Made by a program: the position numbers and the translations under genes. A stretch of DNA of 30,648 bases from Candidatus Bathyarchaeia archaeon (GTDB lineage: Archaea; Thermoproteota; Bathyarchaeia; Bathyarchaeales; Bathycorpusculaceae). Shown in pieces: positions 6,933-15,528 of the stretch. Where the stretch lies: assembly GCA_049969855.1 (NCBI GenBank), contig JBMFOB010000015.1, positions 1 to 30,648 of the forward strand, in the 5' to 3' direction. How positions within the stretch are numbered: position 1 is the stretch's first letter; each line of letters starts with the position of its first letter. The notes under the pieces are model-generated. The model was given only the letters and a program-made list of their open reading frames with translations, had not been told where the DNA came from and searched no databases.

Positions 6933-8327
6933 TCATAGAAAAGATATTATGATGGCGACCGCGTTGAGTATGCTCATCCAGAAAAATGTATAGCTTAAAG
7001 CTTGAGAGAAAAGAACTTTTTCTGTGAATGGAAGTGAAACGCTGTCTATTGATGAAATTATTGATGACACTAAAGAGTATGGAATAATTGCGGACATTAC
7101 TAGAACGGCTAAATTTAAGCTAATAGTGAAGCCTACATTAAAGAAGATGGCTCTAACAGCAGATGCGACACCCCTACGTTCTTCAGGTACTGAACCCATA
7201 ATGAGGCTCATGTTAGGTGAAGAAAACATTCCTATGCCTGCTCCCAAAATGATCATGTATACTACGACATAGCTGTATGGAGTGTTAACGTCAATTGTCG
7301 AAAGTAAAAGCAAAGATAGACTTGTTAACGTTAGACCTGAAATCATGAATTTCCTCTGCCCAAATTTGTCAGATAGCTTGCCGCTTATCGGCCCAACTAT
7401 GAGGAATGCTATTTCAAAGGGAATGAGTCTTACTCCAGCATCAAAAATGTTGAAGTCTTTAACTATCTGGAGGTAAAGGCTTAGCAGAAGCATCACCCCT
7501 CCAAAAGCTGTAGCGTTTAGAACAAGCGATATTATGCCGCCGGTGAACTGTCTTATTTTGAAGAGTTTTAGATCTAATACGGGATGCTTAGTTCTTCTCT
7601 CATGTACTATGAAGGAAGTAAGGGTTATGCTTGCCACTAGAACAAGCCCTAATACTGTGAAATACTCTGCAATACCATATGCACTGAACGTCAATGCTAG
7701 AAGAAGACTTAGTAAGAAAGTGGTGAATAGAATGAAACCTATTAAGTCGAATGGAACGTCTTTCTCCAAATGAGATATTTCCTTTAGTCTTTTATGAGCC
7801 CACCATGTTCCAAATATTCCAATGGGGATATTAATGTAGAAGAGAGCTCTCCAATCTAAAACAGAAAGTATGACGCCGCTGAATGTCAACCCTGCCATCG
7901 CGCCAAACCTGAAGGCTAGCTGGCTGATGCCTAGCGATAAGCCAAGATCATCCTTTGGTGTAGCGTCTGTTATGATTGCTACGCTGTTTGTGATGAGAGA
8001 TGCTGAACCAAAACCTTGTATTGCCCTGAAAATTACAACTTGTAGTGGGGATGTTGCTATGCTTGTGAGCGCTGAGCCCACCGTGAAAATTACGAAACCC
8101 ATGTTATAGATTTTTACACGTCCAACAATGTCCGTTAGACGCCCAATTAGCAGAAGAGCCACAGTGCTAGCTAAAAGGTAGGCTTGAGTAAACCATATTG
8201 CCTGTTCTGCGTCAGCACTTAAAGCATAGGCCACCTGTGGTAAACCGACAATTAGTATTCTGGAGTCGATGCCAGACATCAGCACACCGACTGTTGTAAC
8301 CGTTAAAACCGTCCATTTGTGCTTCAT
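6933..8327 (-). CDS. MFS transporter, DHA2 (EmrB/QacA-like, 14-TM) family
   Basis: GRLTDIVGR motif A, WRALFYINIPIG, GKLSDKFG repeat, many hydrophobic segments. Confidence 0.92.
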   Translation of the reverse strand: MKHKWTVLTVTTVGVLMSGIDSRILIVGLPQVAYALSADAEQAIWFTQAYLLASTVALLLIGRLTDIVGRVKIYNMGFVIFTVGSALTSIATSPLQVVIFRAIQGFGSASLITNSVAIITDATPKDDLGLSLGISQLAFRFGAMAGLTFSGVILSVLDWRALFYINIPIGIFGTWWAHKRLKEISHLEKDVPFDLIGFILFTTFLLSLLLALTFSAYGIAEYFTVLGLVLVASITLTSFIVHERRTKHPVLDLKLFKIRQFTGGIISLVLNATAFGGVMLLLSLYLQIVKDFNIFDAGVRLIPFEIAFLIVGPISGKLSDKFGQRKFMISGLTLTSLSLLLLSTIDVNTPYSYVVVYMIILGAGIGMFSSPNMSLIMGSVPEERRGVASAVRAIFFNVGFTISLNLAVLVMSAIIPYSLVSSIISSIDSVSLPFTEKVLFSQALSYTFFWMSILNAVAIIISFL

Positions 8328-8722
8328 AGTTTACACCTATTAGACTGAACTTATGAAACACTTGCCATCATGCGACGACTTTGAAGATGTATCGGTACAT
8401 AGTTCAAATTTAAAAGTTATGTTAAGTGTTTTAAGTTGTTGCATTATTTTATGATGAAAACCAGTTTTACTTTGATTAATTAATCCTCTAGAACAGTTAA
8501 TCGCGCATGCGCGCTTCAAACATTATTGATGAACGAACTAGAAATTCGTAAAATAAGAAGATTGGAGTGTAGTACAAAGGCTTTATCGGCGTAATCTTTC
8601 AACTTTTTTGAAAAAATTTCCTGAAATGTCGCCTATTGATGCCTCATGCACGCTTTTTCATTGAAATTTTTACAGCTAAAACATTATTGAGCGCTGAAAT
8701 CAAATGTTGTGGGTGGTGCCAA

Positions 8723-8897
8723 ACGAGTTCAAGCGGCAAAATATGGATTGAACGAAATTACGAGAGTTGCAGAATGTGTGAAATTGCGTGTTCACTGCAT
8801 CATGAGGGCGAAATATGGCCGGGTGTTGAGGCCCTATATCTTTGTTTTCAATGTGAAGATTATCCATGTGTTAATATTTGCCCAACTAATGCTTTAC
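8723..8897 (+). pseudogene. 4Fe-4S dicluster protein remnant
   Basis: SCRMCEIACSLHH and CFQCEDYPCVNICPTNAL motifs; first Cys of cluster 1 missing, spacer shortened, C-terminal half absent; ACG at the expected start position after GGTGG. Confidence 0.7.
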
Positions 8898-9041
8898 ACA
8901 CAGCTGGTGAATTTCAAAAATGAGGATGGTTTCGTCTGTAAGGTTGCATCAACCAGTGAGGAGATAGCTCAGCTGGTAGAGGCCGGGTTTGAATATGTAT
9001 GTGAGCATAATGGGGCTAAATTCTTCAGGAAACGCAAATGA
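8889..9041 (+). pseudogene. C-terminal remnant of a second tyrosine integrase
   Basis: MLYTQLVNFKNEDGFVCKVASTSEEIAQLVEAGFEYVCEHNGAKFFRKRK aligns with LIYITLAEELFKDKQEYISKVAKNVKEACALIEAGFEYVTGEYNDGGKIFRKPK of 5068..6327. Confidence 0.88.
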
Positions 9042-9059
9042 GTTGGCCGTTGCAGTATG

Positions 9060-9090
9060 GAGGTTCATTTCATCTAAGCCTGAGGTTCAT
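9060..9090 (+). repeat. GAGGTTCAT direct repeat x2, possible integrase arm-type sites
   Basis: Exact copies at 9060-9068 and 9082-9090, between the integrase remnant and the tRNA-Cys 3' end. Confidence 0.5.
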
Positions 9091-9097
9091 CCAACCA

Positions 9098-9170
9098 AGC
9101 CGGGGGTGGGAGTTGAACCCACATATAGCTGCTCTGCAGGCAGCCGCCTGAACCGTTCGGCCACCCCGGC
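9098..9170 (-). tRNA. tRNA-Cys(GCA)
   Basis: GCCGGGG/CCCCGGC acceptor, GCTGC-CTGCAGA-GCAGC anticodon arm, U73 discriminator. Confidence 0.97.
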
Positions 9171-9206
9171 GATTATGATTATTTTTGAAGTTTAATAAAA
9201 ATGTAT

Positions 9207-10241
9207 TTAGGTTATTCCGAGTTTTTTGGCGATTTCTTTATAGACCGTTAGGGCTTCTTTTTCGTTTTTTATGTTTTTTATTAGCATGCGTCCGTTGTTG
9301 AATAAGCTTATTTCAAGGTTTTTGTAGTTGAAGATTATGGCGAGTTGGGATTTTATGCGGATTTTGTAGTTTTGTTTGATTTTTTCGTATATTTCGTTGA
9401 GGTTTAGTTTTAGTGGTTTTTCTGGGTTTACGTTAATTGTGTTTCGTCCGCATAGCCAGACTAGTTTTTCTCTTTTTTCTGGAAACACTGCTGCGCCTTG
9501 GCATGCTGGACAGTTTTCTCTTTTGAAAATGTCTATGGTTGTGAAGTACATGTCGTTGAAGTCGCAAATCATGAGTTTGCCCTTTAAAGTGGAACCCATG
9601 CCCGTTAGGACTTTTATGGTTTCCATTGCTTGCATGGTTCCAATAATGCCTGGAGTTACTCCTAAAACGCCGCGCACATCGCATGTTAAGAGGTTGCTGT
9701 CTTCAATGTTTGGGAAAACACATTCTAGGCATGGGGTTTCTGGAGGGGCGAAAACGGAGAGGTTGCCCTCAATTCCTATGGCTGCTCCAAAAACATAAGG
9801 GATTCGAAGCTTGACACATGCTCGGTTAACCAAGTAGCGGGTTCGCATGTTATCTAAGCCATCCACAACGCAGTTCACTCCAGAAATTAGTTTTTCAACG
9901 TTGTTTGCGTTCAAGTTTTCTGGAATGGATTCCACTTTTACTAGTGGGTTGATTTTTGTTAGCCTTTTTGCTGAAACTTCAACTTTCGGATAATGTAAAT
10001 CTTCTGGAGTGTATAAGACTTGTCTGTGGAGGTTGTGTATTTCCACGGTGTCTTGGTCTATGAGGCGTATGTTTCCAACTCCAGCAAGCGTCAAATAGAG
10101 GGATGAGGCTGTGCCTAACCCGCCAAGCCCGACTATGGCAACTTTTGATTTTGAAAGCCTTTCCTGTCCTTCTTTGCCAAGTTCTTTTAGAATTGTTTGG
10201 CGGCTGTAAAATTCTTCGTATAAGGATTTTTTCTTTGGCAT
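9207..10241 (-). CDS. ThiF/MoeB/HesA family adenylyltransferase (E1-like)
   Basis: YSRQ, VGLGGLG, NLHRQ, CLEC and CPAC Zn sites; start at MPKKK (10241) preferred because of a GGAG RBS and no overlap with the ligase. Confidence 0.92.
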   Translation of the reverse strand: MPKKKSLYEEFYSRQTILKELGKEGQERLSKSKVAIVGLGGLGTASSLYLTLAGVGNIRLIDQDTVEIHNLHRQVLYTPEDLHYPKVEVSAKRLTKINPLVKVESIPENLNANNVEKLISGVNCVVDGLDNMRTRYLVNRACVKLRIPYVFGAAIGIEGNLSVFAPPETPCLECVFPNIEDSNLLTCDVRGVLGVTPGIIGTMQAMETIKVLTGMGSTLKGKLMICDFNDMYFTTIDIFKRENCPACQGAAVFPEKREKLVWLCGRNTINVNPEKPLKLNLNEIYEKIKQNYKIRIKSQLAIIFNYKNLEISLFNNGRMLIKNIKNEKEALTVYKEIAKKLGIT

Positions 10242-10257
10242 TTGAGCTTTCTCCTCT

Positions 10258-11961
10258 CTATATTGTTTCATTGGTTTTATATCTACCCTTTTTCAGAAAT
10301 TGTTTTTCATAAATTTCTCTAACATGCTGTATTGTATCTGCCTCTTCTGGAGTTTTGTCTTCTCTTACGCGGTTTATTCTTGCAAAACGCAAAGCCATGC
10401 CACACTTGTATTTTGGGCTTTTCTGAATTTCGTTGTATGTTACTTCAACAACTATTTTTGGAACCACAACAACTCTTCTAGGCTCTTCTTTTATGGCTAA
10501 TTCTTTAAGGCGCTTTGTCATTTCAATGATTTCCGCATCTGTTAATCCCTTGAATGTTTTGCCTACTGTTAGGAACTCTCCAGTTTCGGAATCTCGTGCT
10601 GCCAAATAGTAGTCTGAGAGCCATTCATGCCTTCTTCCGTAACCGTATTCAGCCGCAACAAGCACTAAGTCTAATGGTTCGAGAACGGGTTTTATTTTGA
10701 ACCAATGTTTTCCGCGAATTCCAGGCGTGTAAGGGCTATCTATTCTTTTTGCCATTAATCCTTCATGTCCGGCGTCTATAGCCTCTTTCAAAAATTGTTC
10801 AGCTTCATCTTTTTTGTCTGTGACAATCTGTTTCGTTAATGGTATATCTCCAGAATTTTCAGCAAGTATTTTTCTTCTCTGCACATAGGGAAGGGCAATT
10901 AGACTTTCGCCGTTTAGGTATAAAATGTCGAAGAGGTAAAGCTGTACTGGAATTTTTTCAGCCATGTCCTCTATTTCGTGGACTCTTTTGAATCTTCGCA
11001 TTAGATGCTGAAATGGGATTGGGTAGCTGCGTTCGTCTATGGCTATTACTTCTCCTTCTAAAATTGCTTCTTTTGCCTTAACGTTTTTTCTGGCTTTTTC
11101 AACAATTTCTGGCAAGCTTGCAGTTACGTCTGTAAGTCTTCTGCTGAAAATTCTAACTTCGTCGCCAAGTTTATGGATTTGGATTCTAGCCCCGTCAAGC
11201 TTGTATTCTAGGGCTGTTTTTCCTTCGTGTTCTTTTAGGGCTTCGGCGACATCCTTTGCCATTTGAGCCAGCATAAGCCTTACTGGTCTAAAAACTTTGA
11301 AACCAACCTTTAAAAAGCCTTCTTTGCCTTTTGTTTTGGCTATGGCGGCGACTTCTCCTATGTCGCCTAAGGTCATGCTTGCTTTCTGCACTTCTTTTAG
11401 TGGAATTTGGAAGGCTTTAGAGATGGCCTGTTCCATTAAGCCTTCGTGGAAACCTATTCTCATTTCCCCTATGAAAATTTTGACCAAATATTTTGCTTCT
11501 AATGGCGAAGCAGCGCTCATAAGGGTTTCTATTAGACGTTCCTTCTTTTCCCTTGAGCCGTATCCTGTGGCTTCCGCTATAGCTTCTAACTGGCGTCTGA
11601 CTTCGGTTATTGTTAACGGTTTTTCAAAGAGTGTGGCTTGTCTTTTGATTTTGCTTTCTTCAAAAATTTCTTTTGTAGCTGAGCCTATGTCGCCAGTTTT
11701 GCTGAAGGCTTCTATGAAAACTTTCCATTCAACTCCTGTTATGCGCTTTATTATTTCGCTTAGGGTTGCCCAACTAACATCAAGCGTCTGTTGACTCCAT
11801 TTTGGAAAGGGTCTTCCAAGAATCATTGAAACTGCTGGCTCAACCTCTTCAGCCTCCAAACTTTTTAGGAAATCTGCAACAAGGTCTATCATCAAAAGTC
11901 GCTTAGTTGTGGCTTCAAGTTTCTCGCAAAGCTCTGCTAACGCTTTGAAGGGGGTCGGCAT
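10258..11961 (-). CDS. lig: ATP-dependent DNA ligase
   Basis: EYKLDGAR motif I, EGLMAK motif IV, ALRFAR..REDK motif VI. Confidence 0.97.
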   Translation of the reverse strand: MPTPFKALAELCEKLEATTKRLLMIDLVADFLKSLEAEEVEPAVSMILGRPFPKWSQQTLDVSWATLSEIIKRITGVEWKVFIEAFSKTGDIGSATKEIFEESKIKRQATLFEKPLTITEVRRQLEAIAEATGYGSREKKERLIETLMSAASPLEAKYLVKIFIGEMRIGFHEGLMEQAISKAFQIPLKEVQKASMTLGDIGEVAAIAKTKGKEGFLKVGFKVFRPVRLMLAQMAKDVAEALKEHEGKTALEYKLDGARIQIHKLGDEVRIFSRRLTDVTASLPEIVEKARKNVKAKEAILEGEVIAIDERSYPIPFQHLMRRFKRVHEIEDMAEKIPVQLYLFDILYLNGESLIALPYVQRRKILAENSGDIPLTKQIVTDKKDEAEQFLKEAIDAGHEGLMAKRIDSPYTPGIRGKHWFKIKPVLEPLDLVLVAAEYGYGRRHEWLSDYYLAARDSETGEFLTVGKTFKGLTDAEIIEMTKRLKELAIKEEPRRVVVVPKIVVEVTYNEIQKSPKYKCGMALRFARINRVREDKTPEEADTIQHVREIYEKQFLKKGRYKTNETI

Positions 11962-12045
11962 AAAGGTTAACCTTTCCAGATTTTCAAATGCTGAATTATA
12001 GAGATAAACGTTCTTTTGTTGAGAACAAAAAGGGAAAAAGAGGTT

Positions 12046-12426
12046 TTAGAATGAAGCTTCCAGTTTTTCTTTAACTTCCTTTATTTTTTTCTTAAGTTCT
12101 TCAACCTTTTCCTTGTCCTTTAATGCGATGTAGCAGTCTCTCGCATATTCTAAGGCGCTGACCCCGAACCTGTCAAAACCCTTATTGAAGGATAATTCTG
12201 CAGATTTAAGAAAATTCTCCACAGCCTTTTCATAGTCCTTTAGCATGTAGGCGCATTCGCCAGCCTTGAAAAGCATGGATGTGGCGTCAAAGAAGTTGTT
12301 GGCTTTGCGGTACAATTCTGAAGCTTGCAAAAATTTTTCCATGGCTTCTTTGTATTTGCCAGTTTCATAAAGCGTGTTAGCATCCTTGTGCAGTTTGACC
12401 GGGTCTTCTTTAACCTTCTCGCTCAT
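12046..12426 (-). CDS. TPR/SNAP-like helical repeat protein
   Basis: Repeated A..Y..G.Y.EA...F..A pattern. Confidence 0.8.
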   Translation of the reverse strand: MSEKVKEDPVKLHKDANTLYETGKYKEAMEKFLQASELYRKANNFFDATSMLFKAGECAYMLKDYEKAVENFLKSAELSFNKGFDRFGVSALEYARDCYIALKDKEKVEELKKKIKEVKEKLEASF

Positions 12427-12552
12427 AATGTCTCAACTCACATTTTGCTATTTATGTGCATGACACTTCCATTTAGGTTTTCCCGTTTCCAGCAACAGCT
12501 AAACAATTTAATATAATTGTAAATGTTAAAGAATTCAGCTGAAGGGAAATGT

Positions 12553-13278
12553 ATGAAAATTTGCGACGCTCACGTGCATCTGGGAAAGTCGGGACCTTGG
12601 CAACCATACATAAATCCCACAATCTACGTGGATGAGCTCATTCGTCTCTTTGACAAGTATAATGTTGAACAGGCAATAGTTTTTCCAAACCCAAATGTAG
12701 GCGATGAATACCCAAAAATGAACGATTACATAGCAGAATCCATTAGGAAACACCAAAAAAGGCTTATAGGGTTTGGACGTATAGACCCCCGAAGAGAAGA
12801 TGCCATAAAAGAGTTAATCCGTATAAAAAGTGGTTTAGGCTTGACTGGAATTAAACTGCATCCAATGGTGGAATGTTTCAGACCAGACCATCCCTTCTTT
12901 GAAAAATTTTTTAAGAAAACTAACGCCTTAAACCTTCCAATACTTTTCCATTCTGGAGATGGATTTTCTTCTCCAGGGTTTATCCTAAAAATTGCCAAGA
13001 AATATCCAAAACTTCCCATAATTCTTGCTCATCTGAGAGAGGCATCTGTTAATGCCTTAAGAGAATGCGAAAATGTTTATGTTGAAACCTCTGGCACCTT
13101 GCCAGATTTCATTGAACTTTCAGTTGACATAGATGAGAATAGAATACTTTTTGGCTCTGATGTTCCATACTATCGGTACCCAACCCAAATAGCAATTGTG
13201 GAGGCTGCACAAATTTCACAGAAAACTAAAAGAAAAATTCTCTATGAAAACTTCCAAAAATTATTCAGCCAAAAATAA
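12553..13278 (+). CDS. Amidohydrolase family 2 (TIM-barrel metallo-hydrolase)
   Basis: DAHVH, GIKLHP, LFHSG, LAH and LFGSDVP motifs; start ATG 12553 preferred. Confidence 0.9.
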   Translation: MKICDAHVHLGKSGPWQPYINPTIYVDELIRLFDKYNVEQAIVFPNPNVGDEYPKMNDYIAESIRKHQKRLIGFGRIDPRREDAIKELIRIKSGLGLTGIKLHPMVECFRPDHPFFEKFFKKTNALNLPILFHSGDGFSSPGFILKIAKKYPKLPIILAHLREASVNALRECENVYVETSGTLPDFIELSVDIDENRILFGSDVPYYRYPTQIAIVEAAQISQKTKRKILYENFQKLFSQK

Positions 13279-13290
13279 TGGAATGAAACT

Positions 13291-14691
13291 ATGACCCTCA
13301 AATGCATCAAATGCAACTCAAAATTTCCATATGCACCTTTGATGGGCAAATGTAAAAATTGTGGCGGACCCCTTGAGTACGATTTAGGTTTGCCAAGAAA
13401 ACGCAAAATCAAATTTTCTGGGAGCTTTAATTTTTGGAGATATAAAATTCTGCTTCCACCAGTTCATCATGAAATCAGCTTAGGCGAGGGCGGAACACCT
13501 CTCCATAAAGCCTCGAGACTTGCTAAAAGTGTTGGTTTGCGAAAATTGTATTTAAAAGATGAAACCAGAAACCCAACAAACTCTTATCGGGACAGAGCCG
13601 CAGCACTTTACGTATCAAATGCAGTAGACCTCAAACATGACACATTAATATGCGCATCAAATGGAAATTTAGGCGCTTCTTTGGCTGCATACTGCGCTAA
13701 GGCTGGACTAAACTGTCACTTGATTGTGCCAAAACTTGTGGACATTGGCAAATTAGCTCAAATGCTAGTTTATGACGCCACCATAGAAGAGTTTGGGGAA
13801 ATTTTAGACGATTCCATACGTAAGGCTGAAGCCTTAGCAAAAGAGATGAACTGGTATCAAGCCACAGCCGAATTAAACCCTTTGGCAATTGAGGCTCAAA
13901 AAACAATTTCATACGAAGTTTATGAACAGTTCGGCGTTCCAGACTACTTTATAGTGCCGATGGGAAGCGGCGGAACAATTTATTCAATATGGAAAGGCTT
14001 CAAAGAACTTAAAAATCTCAAAATAACAAATTCGCTGCCAAAAATGGTTGGCGTCCAACCAGAAGGAAGCCAATCCATAGTCAAAACACTGGCAGAGGGG
14101 CAATCACAAATAATGAAAATTTCAAAACCATCCACTCATGCCTTAGCCATTTTGGTATCCGAACCACTACAAGGCGAACTTGCCATAAAAGCAATAAAAG
14201 AATCAGATGGCTTAGCGTTAACAGTTTCTGACCAAGAAATTTTCTCAGCAGAACTTCAAATAGCAAAACTTGAAGGAATGTTCGCCGAACCAGCAAGCTC
14301 AGCCACAGTTGCAGCTCTAAAAAAGCTTGTTGAAACTGAAAAAATTGATAAACGCAGCAGCGTTGTTTGCCTAATCAGCGGAAGCGGACTTAAAGCCACA
14401 GACGTTCTTCACGCCTTAACAAAAAAACAGAAAACGGCAAGAGTGGGCTTGGAGCTAAGCACAAAAGAGAAAATACTTCAAGCCTTAAACAAAAAAGATG
14501 CATACGGTTATGATTTGTGGAAAAAATTTGGAAAAACGATGACAAGAGCCGCCATATATCAGCACCTAAACGAACTCTTAAGAAAGGGACTGGTTGTTAG
14601 TTACACAAAGAATGGGAAAAAATTCTTTAAAATCACAGAGCGCGGAAAAAGAGTTTTGCGAGCAATAAAAGATTTAAAGTTTATAACATAA
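13291..14691 (+). CDS. Threonine synthase-like fold-type II protein lacking the PLP lysine, fused to a C-terminal PadR-like winged HTH
   Basis: SLGEGGTPL, NPTNSYRDR (canonical NPTGSFKDR), ASNGN, PMGSGG, EPAS, SGSGLK; tail ILQAL..KDAYGYDL..IYQHLNEL..KGLV..FFKITERG. Confidence 0.88.
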   Translation: MTLKCIKCNSKFPYAPLMGKCKNCGGPLEYDLGLPRKRKIKFSGSFNFWRYKILLPPVHHEISLGEGGTPLHKASRLAKSVGLRKLYLKDETRNPTNSYRDRAAALYVSNAVDLKHDTLICASNGNLGASLAAYCAKAGLNCHLIVPKLVDIGKLAQMLVYDATIEEFGEILDDSIRKAEALAKEMNWYQATAELNPLAIEAQKTISYEVYEQFGVPDYFIVPMGSGGTIYSIWKGFKELKNLKITNSLPKMVGVQPEGSQSIVKTLAEGQSQIMKISKPSTHALAILVSEPLQGELAIKAIKESDGLALTVSDQEIFSAELQIAKLEGMFAEPASSATVAALKKLVETEKIDKRSSVVCLISGSGLKATDVLHALTKKQKTARVGLELSTKEKILQALNKKDAYGYDLWKKFGKTMTRAAIYQHLNELLRKGLVVSYTKNGKKFFKITERGKRVLRAIKDLKFIT

Positions 14692-14771
14692 TCTTAATGT
14701 TGCTTCCTTGTTTTAGTTTCCGATAGATTAAAATAGTAAAGTTACAACTAAACTATTCTTCTGGGATATCC

Positions 14772-15524
14772 TTGTCTTCACAAAAGACAAAAAGAAACAC
14801 TGTTCAATTAAGTGTTGCAGTTATTTTTATGGCGCTTGTCTGCGTGGCAACCATGAGTTTTACAGTATATGTGCCAAGTACGAAAGGTTTCTTTAACATT
14901 GGCGAAACCATGGTTTACATAACCGCGTTGCTTTTCGGTCCCCTTGTAGGAGCCTTCGCTGGTGGAGTGGGTTCAGCGTTTGCCGATGTTCTACTCGGTT
15001 ATTACTACTATGCACCAGCAACATTGGTGATTAAAGCATTAGAAGGAGGACTTGTAGGTTTTTTAGGCCGCAAAAAACATCTATTTTCTAAACTCCACAC
15101 AAAACGCGAATGGAAAATATTCACTCTCGAAATGGGAGTACTTGTTGGCGCTTTAATAAGTCTAATAGGTTTCCTGTATTACAGTGGCAGTGTAGAATTT
15201 TATTCTGGTTTTCCTCCCTCAGAAAACCCGACATCAACCCTTTTCATTCCGATGGAGTTTTGGTTAGGTCTTGGCATTTTTGTTGCGATATTGATGGCGG
15301 TTATTGCTTTTGTTTCTGAGCCAGAGTATGGATGGATGGTTATCTCAACAATTTTCGGAGGATTACTGATGGTTTTAGGCTATTTTCTTTACGAACAATT
15401 CATTCTTGGAGTTTTGGCAGTTGCCGAAGTTCCCGTGAACATTGGACAAATGACCGTTGGATTAATAATAGCCACTCCAATAGTTAAAATCATCCAACGC
15501 ACATTACCACAGATTAAAGGCTAA
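14772..15524 (+). CDS. ECF transporter S component
   Basis: ALVCVATM..VP.TKGFFNIGE..LFGP..GGVGSAFAD..APATLVIK pattern. Confidence 0.85.
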   Translation: MSSQKTKRNTVQLSVAVIFMALVCVATMSFTVYVPSTKGFFNIGETMVYITALLFGPLVGAFAGGVGSAFADVLLGYYYYAPATLVIKALEGGLVGFLGRKKHLFSKLHTKREWKIFTLEMGVLVGALISLIGFLYYSGSVEFYSGFPPSENPTSTLFIPMEFWLGLGIFVAILMAVIAFVSEPEYGWMVISTIFGGLLMVLGYFLYEQFILGVLAVAEVPVNIGQMTVGLIIATPIVKIIQRTLPQIKG

Positions 15525-15528
15525 AACA

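Larger units (their letters stand above)
6645..9097. mobile_element. Decayed genomic islet at the 3' end of tRNA-Cys
   Basis: Integrase C-terminal remnant next to the tRNA end, Fe-S pseudogene, long non-coding stretches and a single cargo MFS gene; left boundary uncertain. Confidence 0.55.

Noticed and set aside
6909-6935. Possible premature stop at the end of the DHA2 MFS gene
   Set aside because: Only a few codons follow before the next stop and all helices appear present; no evidence of damage
8474-8512. Short palindromes GATTAATTAATC and GCGCATGCGC
   Set aside because: Low complexity, in decayed DNA, with no associated gene or promoter context
8958-8990. tRNA-like TAGCTCAGCTGGTAGAG (D-arm look-alike)
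   Set aside because: No anticodon arm, T arm or acceptor pairing follows; fully explained as codons for IAQLVE in the integrase remnant
8636-9195. ORFs 8636..8923, 8709..9041 and 8989..9195 as intact genes
   Set aside because: They are chimeric frames across two pseudogene fragments and the antisense of tRNA-Cys
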